The notes below the pieces were generated by a model, which ran no database searches, was not told where the DNA came from, and saw only the letters and a list, made by a program, of their open reading frames with translations. This document shows positions 49,541-59,232 of a DNA stretch of 64,000 nt, piece after piece (position 1 is the first letter of the stretch; every line of letters starts with the position of its first letter). Both the position numbers and the translations under genes were made by a program. The stretch covers positions 1 through 64,000 of the forward strand of contig CBFIBM010000006.1 in assembly GCA_965660855.1 (NCBI GenBank). Direction: 5' to 3'. The stretch comes from an uncultured bacterium (lineage in GTDB: Bacteria > Fidelibacterota > Marinisomatia > Marinisomatales > UBA1611).

Positions 49541-51974
49541 CTTTTACTCCCAGAGTTATAATCAGAGGGAACATAGATATTGCTCTTCTCTGAACCCCTA
49601 ATTGATCTCCTGTTACAAGATCTCTATTAATACGGTATTGATAAGTTAGAACATTAAAATGTCTTGTAAGATTCATTATTTGAATATTAGTATCATATTC
49701 TACTCCAAATAAGTTCCCACCTTTTCTTGTAATACCCATATCGAGTCTAAAGTAATCTTCATATCTAGCTGAATTTTTCTTTCCTACTAAATATTTATCA
49801 TATGGGAACCATCTTGATTCTTCACTAATAGACTGGTTCCATTCTGTTACTCTTCCAATAATATTTGTATATGGGTTACCACTCATTTGGGTAATTGAGG
49901 AACTTAACTGGAGGGTTTTTGTAAGCATAAAATTTCCAACAATATTAAGAGTATGGGTTCTATCAAAACCCGGAAAATGACTTCCACTTATTTCATTATC
50001 ATATTTAGTTTTAGAATATGTATAACCCAACCATCCATTTAATCTACCAGATGATTTTTTGATAAGAAACTCAACTCCTTGAGAATTACCTTTTGTATCC
50101 CAAAATTCATTAGTTGTATTCGTTGTATCTGTTGGAACTTCATCTTCGTCCTCTGTATCTAAAGGACTTTCTTTTAGGGTTAATAAATTGTCAAAAGTTT
50201 TATTATAGATCTCAACTCTCAAAAAAATATTTTTATTTGTTAAATATTCAAAACCTCCAATAAAATGTTGCGATACACTTGCTTTTTTATCCTTTGGAAT
50301 TCCTAGCCAAAGCTCAACAATTCTCAAGTTCTCATCTTGATTTGTCGCCGTAGTTAGAAATTGATGATAAACACCCCAATTAAATTTAAAAGCTATATTA
50401 TCTGAATAGTTGTATTTCAATCCTAACCTTGGGTCTAAGTATATTTTGTTATGTAAACTATATTTCGTTGTTCTTATTCCACTTTGTAAATTGAACTTTC
50501 TATTAATTTTCCATTTATCTTGAAAAAAAATTGATATTTCTCTTGTTTCATTCTTTTGACTTAAAGGATTAAATACCAACGAGGTGTCTTGGTTTATAAA
50601 ATCAAATTTAATACCTAAATCAAAGTTTATAGTTTTTAATTGAAGGCCAGAACTTATTTCATGATTCTCACTGGCTTTCCATAATACCTCCGATTCAATT
50701 GTATTATCATAAATGACATCAAAAATATTATAACCAACATCGGAAAAATATTGTGTAGTAGAATCTGAATAATCATAAATTGTACTATCTGATATAGAGA
50801 TATCAAAGTCAAATCTATAACGACTATTTGAAAAAAATGTTTTTGAAACTATCGTTGGTGAACAAATCCATCTCCAAGTTAAACCATTTGTTTTATTTCC
50901 CCATGGCCACTCAATATCAAACTTATTTTTATTTGTAATGGTTGTATTTCCATCTTGATTTGTGGAATTATCAGAATAGGAAAAGCTCACAACATCATCA
51001 CCATAGAACCTAGAATAGGTTAATCGATGATCCGGATTGATATCTAAATTGATTTTAACCTGATAGTCATAAAAAGAATATGGAAATTGAAAGTATTGAT
51101 CACTACCATCTTCATTTTTATTTCCATTTGGAATTTTTGCTCTATTCAAAAGTTGATCCAGCCATGTTCGTCTTCCGGAAATCATCCAAGAACCTTTTAA
51201 TCTTTTAAATTTTGGCATAGGCCCTTCTAATAATCCTTTTGTAGAAATAAAAGAAATATCAGCAGATCCTCTGACTTCTTGTATATTTCCTTCACGATTT
51301 ATAACATTTAAGATTGCACCCATTCTTCCACCATATCTAGCAGGAAACCCTCCCGCATGGAAATCAGCTTCTTTTATTGCATCTGTATTAAACGTTGAAA
51401 AAATACCAAAAAGGTGAAATGGGTTATATATCGCAATACCATCTAGCATGATCAAGTTCTGATCCGGTGTACTTCCTCTAACGTATAATGCGCTAGATAA
51501 ATCACTAGAGGTTTGTACGCCAGGTAACATCTGTAATGTACGAAAAACATCTGGCTCAATAAATGCAGGAGCTGCATTTATTTCTCTTAAATCTAAAGAA
51601 ATCTGACTACTTTCAATGGCTCTTTTAAATTTTTGTCGTTCCGCAGTGACTACTACTTCCGATGTTTGTATTACCTCTTCTTTCAAAAAAATTTCTAATC
51701 TTAATGATTTATTAGATTCTATAGTAATTTTTTTTTGGTACATAGAGTACCCAATCATAGATGCATTTATTTCATAAACACCAATAGGCACATTGGGTAT
51801 AACAAAATATCCATCTCGATTTGTTGTAGACCCTAAATATTTATTGTTCAGAAATACATTTGCATATGATATGGGCTCCCCGGTACTTTTTTCTCTAACA
51901 AAGCCACTAATTGATTCACTCATAGCTAAGGTAAAGATTTGAATAATCAATAAAAAAAATAATTTAAAATTCAT
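49530..51974 (-). CDS. TonB-dependent receptor
   Basis: ISGFVRE...GEPISYANV N-domain; LPGVQ, YVRGSTPDQNLIMLDG and GGFPARYGGR plug motifs; C-terminal Phe. Confidence 0.92.
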   Translation of the reverse strand: MNFKLFFLLIIQIFTLAMSESISGFVREKSTGEPISYANVFLNNKYLGSTTNRDGYFVIPNVPIGVYEINASMIGYSMYQKKITIESNKSLRLEIFLKEEVIQTSEVVVTAERQKFKRAIESSQISLDLREINAAPAFIEPDVFRTLQMLPGVQTSSDLSSALYVRGSTPDQNLIMLDGIAIYNPFHLFGIFSTFNTDAIKEADFHAGGFPARYGGRMGAILNVINREGNIQEVRGSADISFISTKGLLEGPMPKFKRLKGSWMISGRRTWLDQLLNRAKIPNGNKNEDGSDQYFQFPYSFYDYQVKINLDINPDHRLTYSRFYGDDVVSFSYSDNSTNQDGNTTITNKNKFDIEWPWGNKTNGLTWRWICSPTIVSKTFFSNSRYRFDFDISISDSTIYDYSDSTTQYFSDVGYNIFDVIYDNTIESEVLWKASENHEISSGLQLKTINFDLGIKFDFINQDTSLVFNPLSQKNETREISIFFQDKWKINRKFNLQSGIRTTKYSLHNKIYLDPRLGLKYNYSDNIAFKFNWGVYHQFLTTATNQDENLRIVELWLGIPKDKKASVSQHFIGGFEYLTNKNIFLRVEIYNKTFDNLLTLKESPLDTEDEDEVPTDTTNTTNEFWDTKGNSQGVEFLIKKSSGRLNGWLGYTYSKTKYDNEISGSHFPGFDRTHTLNIVGNFMLTKTLQLSSSITQMSGNPYTNIIGRVTEWNQSISEESRWFPYDKYLVGKKNSARYEDYFRLDMGITRKGGNLFGVEYDTNIQIMNLTRHFNVLTYQYRINRDLVTGDQLGVQRRAISMFPLIITLGVKVVF

Positions 51975-52010
51975 TCATTTAATTTAGCTTAAAAAAATAA
52001 TAAATTATTT

Positions 52011-55000
52011 TTAATATTTATATATCATTCCATCGCGCTTTAATTTTGAGTATTTTAACCACTTTATTAAACTTGCTATTTTTTGAATCGTAATACTGAA
52101 CACTCCAAATGATTTCTCAACGACACCTCTTATAATAAATAATTTTTCCCAATTAAGAAGATCACCAAACTCTTTGAATACATCCGGAAACATAACACAT
52201 TCATATATCGCAGTTTCATCTTCTAAAGTTAAAAATTGCATAGGCTGATGATTCTTAGTAATAGATTCTTTACGAGTAATACATACTCCCATTAAATAAA
52301 TTGTTTTTCCAAAAAACTGAGGAATATCACTTGCATATTTTATACGATGACTAAGCATTTGTCTATAGATAGAAATTGGGTTTGTGGAAACAGAAAAGCC
52401 AAAAGAATCTAATTCTAATTTTAAAATATCTTCTTTTTTTATTTTAGTCTGAAAAGGGGATCCCGAAAAAATAATATTGTTATCATTTTGAAGATAATAA
52501 CCTGCAACTTTATAAGCAATTTCTTGATGAGACTTGTCAAATGCAATTTTATCAAAACAGCCCGAATTGGTAAGAAGAATTGCATCTGACAAGTCAAGGT
52601 CTGTACGAATCAAAAAATTCTCAAGAGATTCAAATTCCCCTGCTTTTCTTTCATCTAAAATGGTATTAATTGCTTTTATTTGAATGTTTTTTATACTCAT
52701 AAAACCCATTATAATTTTATCCTTATAGCCTCTCCATTCGTAATAACTTTTATTTATATCTGGTTTTATAATTTTAACTCCAAATCTCTTTGCTTCACTC
52801 ATATAAGCATAAGAAGAATAGTAACCACCTCTATTCGATATGACAGCTGCTAAAAATTCTGCAGGAAAATGAGCTTTAAGATATGCACACGTAAATGAAA
52901 GCATTGCATAAGAAGCAGAATGAGGTTTACAAAAAGAGTAACCTACAAAAGATTTAATCATTTCCCAAACTTCATTGATTACTCTTTCTGAATACCCTCT
53001 TTGAATAGAATTATTAGTAAATTTTTTTTTCCAATACTCTATAAGATGTTTCATGGATTCACGGCTCATTGTTTTTCGTAAACGTTCTGCTTCACTATAT
53101 TTCATTCCAGCCATTTTCATTACCGCTAACGAAACTTGCTCTTCATAGACCATAATACCATAACTCTCTCTTAAAAATTCTAAATCAGGATGAACTAAAT
53201 TCCATTTTTCACCACGTATCCTCGATAACATAATATTTGTAAATCGATTTGCAGCAGGTCTAATAATAGATGAATAAATAACTACATGTTCGAAATCAAC
53301 AGTTCTTGATTTTGATAATAATTGTCGAGTAGCAGGGCTCTCTATATAAAAAACACCTATTGTTTTTCCACTTTTCATCATTTCCATTGTTTTAAAGTCT
53401 CCTACTGGTTGAATAGAATGATAATCAAAATATTTATTTTTTAATTCCGATTCTTCATAATGCAAATTAACTTGCTTGATTGTATCTCGAACAACAGATA
53501 AACTTCTGTTTCCTAAAATATCAATCTTCAATAGACCTGAGTCTTCAACTTGATGTTTTTCCCATTCAACAATCTGTACACCTTTTGGGGCTTTAAGTAC
53601 TGGAACATATTTTTGAATTTCATCAGGTACAATTACTACTCCTCCAGGATGAACAGATGAATTTCTAAAGACGCCGATAATTTTCTCACTTTCTTGTAAA
53701 ATAGTAATCATTGTCTCATTTAAATCTAAATTTGAGAATTTTGAATTATTTTTAACCCATGATTCTAGATTTTTTCTAGAATGGTGCCAACCTATCCGCT
53801 TTGTTATATTATTTATTTCTTCATTAGAAATACCATACACCTTTCCAACTTCTCGAATGGCAGATTTAGACTTCAAAAATACTTGATTCGAGACCATTGC
53901 AGTTTTGTTATTCCCGTATTTTTTAAATATATAATCAAGTATTTTTTCTCTTTCATCCCATGGAAAGTCAATATCAATATCTGGCATGTCTTCTCTTTCT
54001 GAATGAATAAACCTTTCGAAGTGTAACGAATGTCTTATTGGATCAACTTGGGTAATAAAAAGACAATAACTTACAATTGATGCAGCAGCTGAACCTCGTC
54101 CGATAGTTGACTTTGTCTGTTTGATAATATCTTCTACAATTAAGAAATATGGAGAAAAACCTTTTTGATTAATTAGATTTAACTCATATTCAATTCTAGA
54201 GCATGTTATTTCATTTAAATCCCCATATCTCATTCTAGCACCATTATAGACCTTCTTTTTTAAAACTTTATTAGACCTGTATGTGTCTTTTAATGATAAA
54301 CCTGGGAAAATAGTATTCATAAATGACCAATCTGTCTTGCACCTTTCCGCTAAATAATAGCTATTATTTAAAGCATTCAGGCTATTTGGAAAAAGATGAA
54401 TCATTTGCTTCTCACTTCGAAACCAATGTTTTGATGTTTTGTATTGATCCTGTTTGAGGTTATGTTTTGTTGTATTATAATGAATCGCTCTTAATGTCAC
54501 ATGAGTACTGTGATCACTTTTTGATTTAAAATAAACATCACCTGTAACAATTATCTCTAACTTTAATTTCCTACTCAAATCATGTATTCTTTTTTCTTGT
54601 AAGCCAGGTCTTAACTCAATAAATAAATGACTATTAGGAACTATTTTTTTTAAAGAATTCAAGGTATTTTCGTTGTGTGATAAAAAAAATAATCCGAAAG
54701 ATCTATCTTTTACAATTTGATTAATTGGTTGGTTAGAGCTTCTATGCACATGAGAAATAATTCGGCAAAGATTTTCATACCCACTTTGATTCTCTACTAA
54801 AATAACTGCTTCATCTGAATCTGTAATTATATTTGATCCTGCAATTGGACTAATTTTTTTTTGATGAGCAATTTGTACAAAACGAATAAAACCCCATAGA
54901 CCATTTACATCCGTTAATGCTATTTTTTTCATTAGTGATGTTTTACATAGATTAATTAGACCATCTAAAGATAAAAGACCATTCATTTTTGAATAAATAG

Positions 55001-55025
55001 AATGAGTATTTAAATGAATAAAAAT
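52011..55025 (-). CDS. dnaE2: Error-prone DNA polymerase III alpha subunit (DnaE2/ImuC-like)
   Basis: GRGSAAAS, DMPDIDIDF catalytic motif, HPGGVV, KIDILG and YSFCKPH; the frame extends 13 codons upstream of ATG 54986 to encode FIHLNTHSIYS (PHP motif) from an ATT at 55025; follows lexA and the imuB-like gene. Confidence 0.85.
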   Translation of the reverse strand: MFIHLNTHSIYSKMNGLLSLDGLINLCKTSLMKKIALTDVNGLWGFIRFVQIAHQKKISPIAGSNIITDSDEAVILVENQSGYENLCRIISHVHRSSNQPINQIVKDRSFGLFFLSHNENTLNSLKKIVPNSHLFIELRPGLQEKRIHDLSRKLKLEIIVTGDVYFKSKSDHSTHVTLRAIHYNTTKHNLKQDQYKTSKHWFRSEKQMIHLFPNSLNALNNSYYLAERCKTDWSFMNTIFPGLSLKDTYRSNKVLKKKVYNGARMRYGDLNEITCSRIEYELNLINQKGFSPYFLIVEDIIKQTKSTIGRGSAAASIVSYCLFITQVDPIRHSLHFERFIHSEREDMPDIDIDFPWDEREKILDYIFKKYGNNKTAMVSNQVFLKSKSAIREVGKVYGISNEEINNITKRIGWHHSRKNLESWVKNNSKFSNLDLNETMITILQESEKIIGVFRNSSVHPGGVVIVPDEIQKYVPVLKAPKGVQIVEWEKHQVEDSGLLKIDILGNRSLSVVRDTIKQVNLHYEESELKNKYFDYHSIQPVGDFKTMEMMKSGKTIGVFYIESPATRQLLSKSRTVDFEHVVIYSSIIRPAANRFTNIMLSRIRGEKWNLVHPDLEFLRESYGIMVYEEQVSLAVMKMAGMKYSEAERLRKTMSRESMKHLIEYWKKKFTNNSIQRGYSERVINEVWEMIKSFVGYSFCKPHSASYAMLSFTCAYLKAHFPAEFLAAVISNRGGYYSSYAYMSEAKRFGVKIIKPDINKSYYEWRGYKDKIIMGFMSIKNIQIKAINTILDERKAGEFESLENFLIRTDLDLSDAILLTNSGCFDKIAFDKSHQEIAYKVAGYYLQNDNNIIFSGSPFQTKIKKEDILKLELDSFGFSVSTNPISIYRQMLSHRIKYASDIPQFFGKTIYLMGVCITRKESITKNHQPMQFLTLEDETAIYECVMFPDVFKEFGDLLNWEKLFIIRGVVEKSFGVFSITIQKIASLIKWLKYSKLKRDGMIYKY

Positions 55026-56197
55026 TATATTTTTCCTAATGCTTGAAAAATATTTGCAGTTTGAATAGAATCGACTCCATACTTTAGGCGTATTATCTCA
55101 ACAGCCTTAGATAATCCCATATTCTTACCACCTCTTGTTTGAAATATTGTTATTTGTTGATTATAGAGCGAAAAATGACTGACTTGTATTAGAATTGCTC
55201 GAATACGATTTCTTCTTTTATTTGCTTGTTGAAACAATATATAACAATTTTGAAAAACAGAAAAATCATCTAAGTCAATTATCTTACCAATCTTTTTACT
55301 TAAATAACCATCACTATAGTGTATTTCAACTTTACATTTATTCGCAATTTTCCATATTTTTCTTAATTCAAATGCAATTTGTTCTGCTAAATCTTTAACA
55401 AGCCCTTTTAAGATATCATTGTTATTTGTGTCTTCTGGTAAAATAGTCTGCCTAAGAATACTTTCTTGTTTTTGAATAGGTCTAACTGGACAATAATCTT
55501 TACCATGAGACTCTTTTTCAAGCTGTTTAGAATGAATTCCAAATAATATTTGGAATTCATTTCTATAACGGATCATTGATTGAATATTTTTTATTTTTTT
55601 TATAAGTAAAAATTGAATAATTCGGTTTACCTTTTCTTCTGATAGAATGGGTAATACAGTTGGATCTAAGTTTGAAAAAAATTCAGCTTCACCCCCACTT
55701 TTTACTTCATGTATCTTATCTAAAACCACAGAAGTAATTGTTCGACTTACAAGCTTATTTTGACTTATCCCAACTTGTCCAAATATATTTGATTTCTCTT
55801 TTATTGCTTTTAAAACAGAGGAAGCATTATTTTGGATATTGCCTTTTAAGTAACGCATACCATTCATATCTAAAAAAAATTCACCCATATTATTGGGCTC
55901 TACTATAGGTGTAAAAGAAGAAACTATTTTATATATGTAATGATTTATTTTTGTATATAGTGATTTATTGTAGGGTAACAATCTTACACCATGACTTACT
56001 CTTCGTATTGTAGATAACTTCATACCTTTTAATAAACCTTCTTCTTCTGCTTCAGGTGAAAGAGAAATAATAGTACCATTCGGACAATGTGAAGAAAGAA
56101 TCGCAACAGGACGTTTTTTTAAGGAAGGATCTATAATTTGCTCTGCCTGAAGCTCTATACCTTTAAGACGTATATGAAAAACGTCTTTTACTTTCAT
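55025..56197 (-). CDS. Catalytically degenerate Y-family polymerase (ImuB-like)
   Basis: Y-family architecture (PSLKKRPVAI, FTPIVE, GISQNKLVS, little-finger YSDG, IRLKYG) with the catalytic DxD and SIDE motifs replaced by HIRLKG and NMGEF. Confidence 0.8.
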   Translation of the reverse strand: MKVKDVFHIRLKGIELQAEQIIDPSLKKRPVAILSSHCPNGTIISLSPEAEEEGLLKGMKLSTIRRVSHGVRLLPYNKSLYTKINHYIYKIVSSFTPIVEPNNMGEFFLDMNGMRYLKGNIQNNASSVLKAIKEKSNIFGQVGISQNKLVSRTITSVVLDKIHEVKSGGEAEFFSNLDPTVLPILSEEKVNRIIQFLLIKKIKNIQSMIRYRNEFQILFGIHSKQLEKESHGKDYCPVRPIQKQESILRQTILPEDTNNNDILKGLVKDLAEQIAFELRKIWKIANKCKVEIHYSDGYLSKKIGKIIDLDDFSVFQNCYILFQQANKRRNRIRAILIQVSHFSLYNQQITIFQTRGGKNMGLSKAVEIIRLKYGVDSIQTANIFQALGKI

Positions 56198-56208
56198 TGA
56201 TGTTTTAC

Positions 56209-56829
56209 CTAATTCAAATAGTTTCTAAAAGAATAAAGGAGAACACCATTAATACGAAAATCATCTGTACTATCAATTTTGATAATTGGAAATTTTGGAT
56301 TTCTAGGATGAAGCTCTACTCCATTACTATTTGGAACATAACATTTTAATGTTGCTTCTCCATTAATTAAAGCAACAATAATTTGTCCAGAACGAGCAAT
56401 ATTTGTTTTTTTTGCAACAATAAAATCACCATCATGAATATGCTCTTCTATCATTGAGTCACCTTTAACCTGTAAAACATAATGATCTGGATGTAATAAT
56501 GAGGGTGGTACATCTATCATTTCAGAGTTTTCTAAAGCTTCAATAGGTTCGCCTGCAGCAATCAAGCCCAATAATGGCAAACGAGCTTTTGTAGTTGTAT
56601 GATTTTCATTCTGGTTAAGAATGAGTGCTCGTTTACCATTTGGTCCTTTTATACGTGATAGATAACCCTTTTCTTCTAGGGTCTTTACATACCAATTTAC
56701 TGTCCCTAATGATCCGAACCCTAAAGTTGCCATAATTTCTTCATAAGATGGAGATTGACCATTCATTAAAGTGAATCGTTGAATAAAGTTTAAAAACTTT
56801 TCCAATTTTGGAGACAGCATCTTATTCAT
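56209..56829 (-). CDS. lexA: SOS repressor LexA
   Basis: Winged HTH (PSYEEI...LEEKGYL); AAG cleavage site; GDSM serine and ATLK lysine. Start set at ATG 56829, which overlaps the upstream small ORF's stop (ATGA). Confidence 0.9.
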   Translation of the reverse strand: MNKMLSPKLEKFLNFIQRFTLMNGQSPSYEEIMATLGFGSLGTVNWYVKTLEEKGYLSRIKGPNGKRALILNQNENHTTTKARLPLLGLIAAGEPIEALENSEMIDVPPSLLHPDHYVLQVKGDSMIEEHIHDGDFIVAKKTNIARSGQIIVALINGEATLKCYVPNSNGVELHPRNPKFPIIKIDSTDDFRINGVLLYSFRNYLN

Positions 56830-56978
56830 GAGGTAATAGATAAGTTTATAATTGCTTTTCCATCCCAAACAACAGATTGTGGATATATATTTTTTTTATG
56901 GCTATTTAAACGTGATACAGCACGTAGCACTTCAAAGGATGGTTTCTTTTTATCTTTTCTTTTTTTCAAATATTTCAT
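56826..56978 (-). CDS. Unannotated 50-aa basic protein, first gene of the lexA cassette
   Basis: MKYLKKRKDKKKPSFEVLRAVSRLNSHKKNIYPQSVVWDGKAIINLSITS; lies between the promoter and lexA; its TGA overlaps the lexA ATG. Confidence 0.6.
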   Translation of the reverse strand: MKYLKKRKDKKKPSFEVLRAVSRLNSHKKNIYPQSVVWDGKAIINLSITS

Positions 56979-57000
56979 AATAATAATCTCTTTTTTAAAT

Positions 57001-57022
57001 TTACTCGTAAGTTACTCGTAAG
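57001..57022. promoter_or_regulatory. Candidate LexA operator (TTACTCGTAAG)x2
   Basis: Perfect 11-bp tandem repeat, each unit a TTAC-N2-GTAA palindrome, immediately downstream of the -10 box of the lexA cassette promoter. Confidence 0.65.
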
Positions 57023-57023
57023 T

Positions 57024-57051
57024 ATTATACAAAAAATTTTCTTTATGTCCA
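57024..57051 (-). promoter_or_regulatory. Sigma70-type promoter of the lexA cassette
   Basis: Minus strand: TGGACA (57051-57046), 16-nt spacer, TATAAT (57029-57024). Confidence 0.7.
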
Positions 57052-57082
57052 AATAAAAAGCCCCGTTTGGGGCTTTTTATTT
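57051..57082 (-). terminator. Intrinsic terminator after PAS-menA
   Basis: AAATAAAAAGCCCC-GTTT-GGGGCTTTTTATTT, a 14-bp perfect stem. Confidence 0.88.
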
Positions 57083-57107
57083 GATTTTATAGTTATTATA
57101 TCGTTAT

Positions 57108-58385
57108 TTAAACAGGAGCAATCCAAAGTCCAATAAACAACAATAAACCTGTTACAGTATGCATTATGATTGTACCCCAATTTGCTGGTTCTAGTAACCT
57201 ACTATTATAGTGCTTATATAAAGTTTGGATAGCCCTAAAACCAAAATATGCTGCTAAAAGAGATATCAAAGTTTCTTGAGGTAGTTTTTCACTTAAAACA
57301 AGTGCTATAATACTTAAAAATGCCCCGACTACTAAAGAAACATAGCCGGCTCTTGCTTTTTCTGGACCAAAAACTACGATTAATGTATTTTTACCAGATT
57401 GTTTATCACTATCGTGGTCTGGAAATTCATTAACATAAACTACCGCAGCTATTAATAAACCTATTGGTATTCCAATTAAAAAAGCTTCTGGTAAAAGAAT
57501 TCCAGTTTGTACTAAAGCACTTCCAGCAACCATTAAAGGACCAAAATTTAACCCTATTAATAACTCTCCTAGACCTTTTCTTGATGAAAACTTGAATGGT
57601 GGAGCAGTATAAAAAAGCCCAGAAAGGAAGCCTATTAAACCTAACCAAAGTATTGAATAACCTGCTTTTACAATTAGAGGAATACCAGCTAAAGCACTCA
57701 AAGCAAATGTTACAATAGCTAACTTCAACATACCTTCTGGAGAAATAAGTCCCATCTGAATACCTCTTCCCCCTCCATTGAGGCCTTTATTGCTATAATT
57801 ATAATTTATTTCATCCGTACCACTTATGTGATCAAAATAATCATTTGAGGTATTTGTCCCAATTTGTAATAAAGATCCTCCCAGAGCTGTAAGTGCTAGC
57901 CAACCCCACTGTATAGGGTAACCTGCAAATTTTGCAATAGCTGCTCCAACAAAAATAGGAACTAAAGTTGCAGATAAAAAGGGTAACCTCATGATAACAA
58001 CCCAAGAAAATATTTTAGTCATTAAATCAATTTTAGGACGAACTTCATCTGCTGTTTTATCTTTTAATGGAGTAGTAACACCACAGTAACCGATATGCTC
58101 TCCGTCTTTTGACTTCGTTGGAGTTATTTTAATACGAGAAGGTAACTCAGAACCATCTTTATGCAAGAAAACAGTGTCTCCTTCCCAGGCACCTTTTTCA
58201 ACAGCCTCAGCTAACCAGCCTACTACATGACCAAGTACTATTTGACCATCACTGAAATCACTCACTCTCATTTTACCAACGACTTCTTCTTCACTATAAC
58301 CAAATAGTTCAACTGCTCCTTGGCTGAATGTTTCGACTTTACCATCAACATCACATGTTATAACACTTTTTAAATTATCATTCAT
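57108..58385 (-). CDS. menA: PAS domain fused to a MenA/UbiA-family prenyltransferase
   Basis: N-terminal PAS signature (VITCDVDGKVETFSQGAVELFGYSEEEVVGK...HKDG); C-terminal MRLPFL, NDYFD...GTD, FYTAPPF, GLGE and NEFPDHDSDKQSGKNTL motifs with multiple TMs. Confidence 0.8.
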   Translation of the reverse strand: MNDNLKSVITCDVDGKVETFSQGAVELFGYSEEEVVGKMRVSDFSDGQIVLGHVVGWLAEAVEKGAWEGDTVFLHKDGSELPSRIKITPTKSKDGEHIGYCGVTTPLKDKTADEVRPKIDLMTKIFSWVVIMRLPFLSATLVPIFVGAAIAKFAGYPIQWGWLALTALGGSLLQIGTNTSNDYFDHISGTDEINYNYSNKGLNGGGRGIQMGLISPEGMLKLAIVTFALSALAGIPLIVKAGYSILWLGLIGFLSGLFYTAPPFKFSSRKGLGELLIGLNFGPLMVAGSALVQTGILLPEAFLIGIPIGLLIAAVVYVNEFPDHDSDKQSGKNTLIVVFGPEKARAGYVSLVVGAFLSIIALVLSEKLPQETLISLLAAYFGFRAIQTLYKHYNSRLLEPANWGTIIMHTVTGLLLFIGLWIAPV

Positions 58386-58458
58386 AGCTAATAATACCTT
58401 TTTATATAAATTAATGTTTAAAATTTACAATAGTAATTAAAGCGGTGAAAAACGAAAA

Positions 58459-59232
58459 TTAGATTGGGTAAAATATAGGCCTACTTGGAGCCACATCTAA
58501 ATTCCAGTTAGGAATTTGAATTTGTAAAAAACCAAAAGAGTCTTCAATTGAATTATCAATATATAATAACTCAGATATAGTTTTACCTTTTTTAAAAAAT
58601 CTATGGTGATTACCTAATAATCCATTATCATCAGCTTTATCAATAGATGGTATATCCACTAATAGATGTTGAATTGAAAGGTCTTTTATATATTCAATAG
58701 CTTCTGAAGTAAAAAAAGGTGCGGGAGATTCATCATAGTTTCTACTAAGCTTGAAATCAGAGTTTGGTAATGTTCTAATGATCAAAGAATCTATAGTATT
58801 TTTTACTTTTTCTTTAATCGACTCTTTTGTAATTACTAAATCCGAAACAGTATGAGCGTGATAAGTATCGCTAGTATCTGAAATATCTTTTGGATCTACC
58901 GTTATTAATCTAGATGGGATAAATCCTCTAGGGCAAAAATCTACTATTTTTTCTTCGATGTCAATTATGTGTCCTGCGCATTCTGTATGGGTCCCGGTAC
59001 AATGAATATCTATGGTGGCAATATTTACATTACAACTTCCCCCTCTACTAATATCTCCAATAAAATTATCAGATTGAACGATTTTAAGACTTGGTTGATC
59101 TGAATAAAAAAAAGTTGGGTTTTTATTATCAAAACTATTTTTTATAGATAAATCCAGTCCTTGGGATTCTTCAATAATATATGTTTTACCATTATAATAT
59201 ATTGATGTGGAAATTTTAGGCTTATTTTTCAT
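58459..59232 (-). CDS. Cyclase family metal-dependent hydrolase (kynurenine formamidase KynB-like)
   Basis: HCTGTHTECAGH, HLLVDIPSID, TISEL and DVAPSRP motifs. Confidence 0.8.
   Translation of the reverse strand: MKNKPKISTSIYYNGKTYIIEESQGLDLSIKNSFDNKNPTFFYSDQPSLKIVQSDNFIGDISRGGSCNVNIATIDIHCTGTHTECAGHIIDIEEKIVDFCPRGFIPSRLITVDPKDISDTSDTYHAHTVSDLVITKESIKEKVKNTIDSLIIRTLPNSDFKLSRNYDESPAPFFTSEAIEYIKDLSIQHLLVDIPSIDKADDNGLLGNHHRFFKKGKTISELLYIDNSIEDSFGFLQIQIPNWNLDVAPSRPIFYPI

Noticed and set aside
55025..56197. Calling this gene an active DinB (Pol IV)
   Set aside because: The catalytic acidic motifs are missing, and its position before dnaE2 fits ImuB.
56830..56868. TTG start for lexA given by the ORF track
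   Set aside because: The extension lies inside the upstream 50-aa ORF; ATG 56829 gives an ATGA overlap and a normal LexA length.
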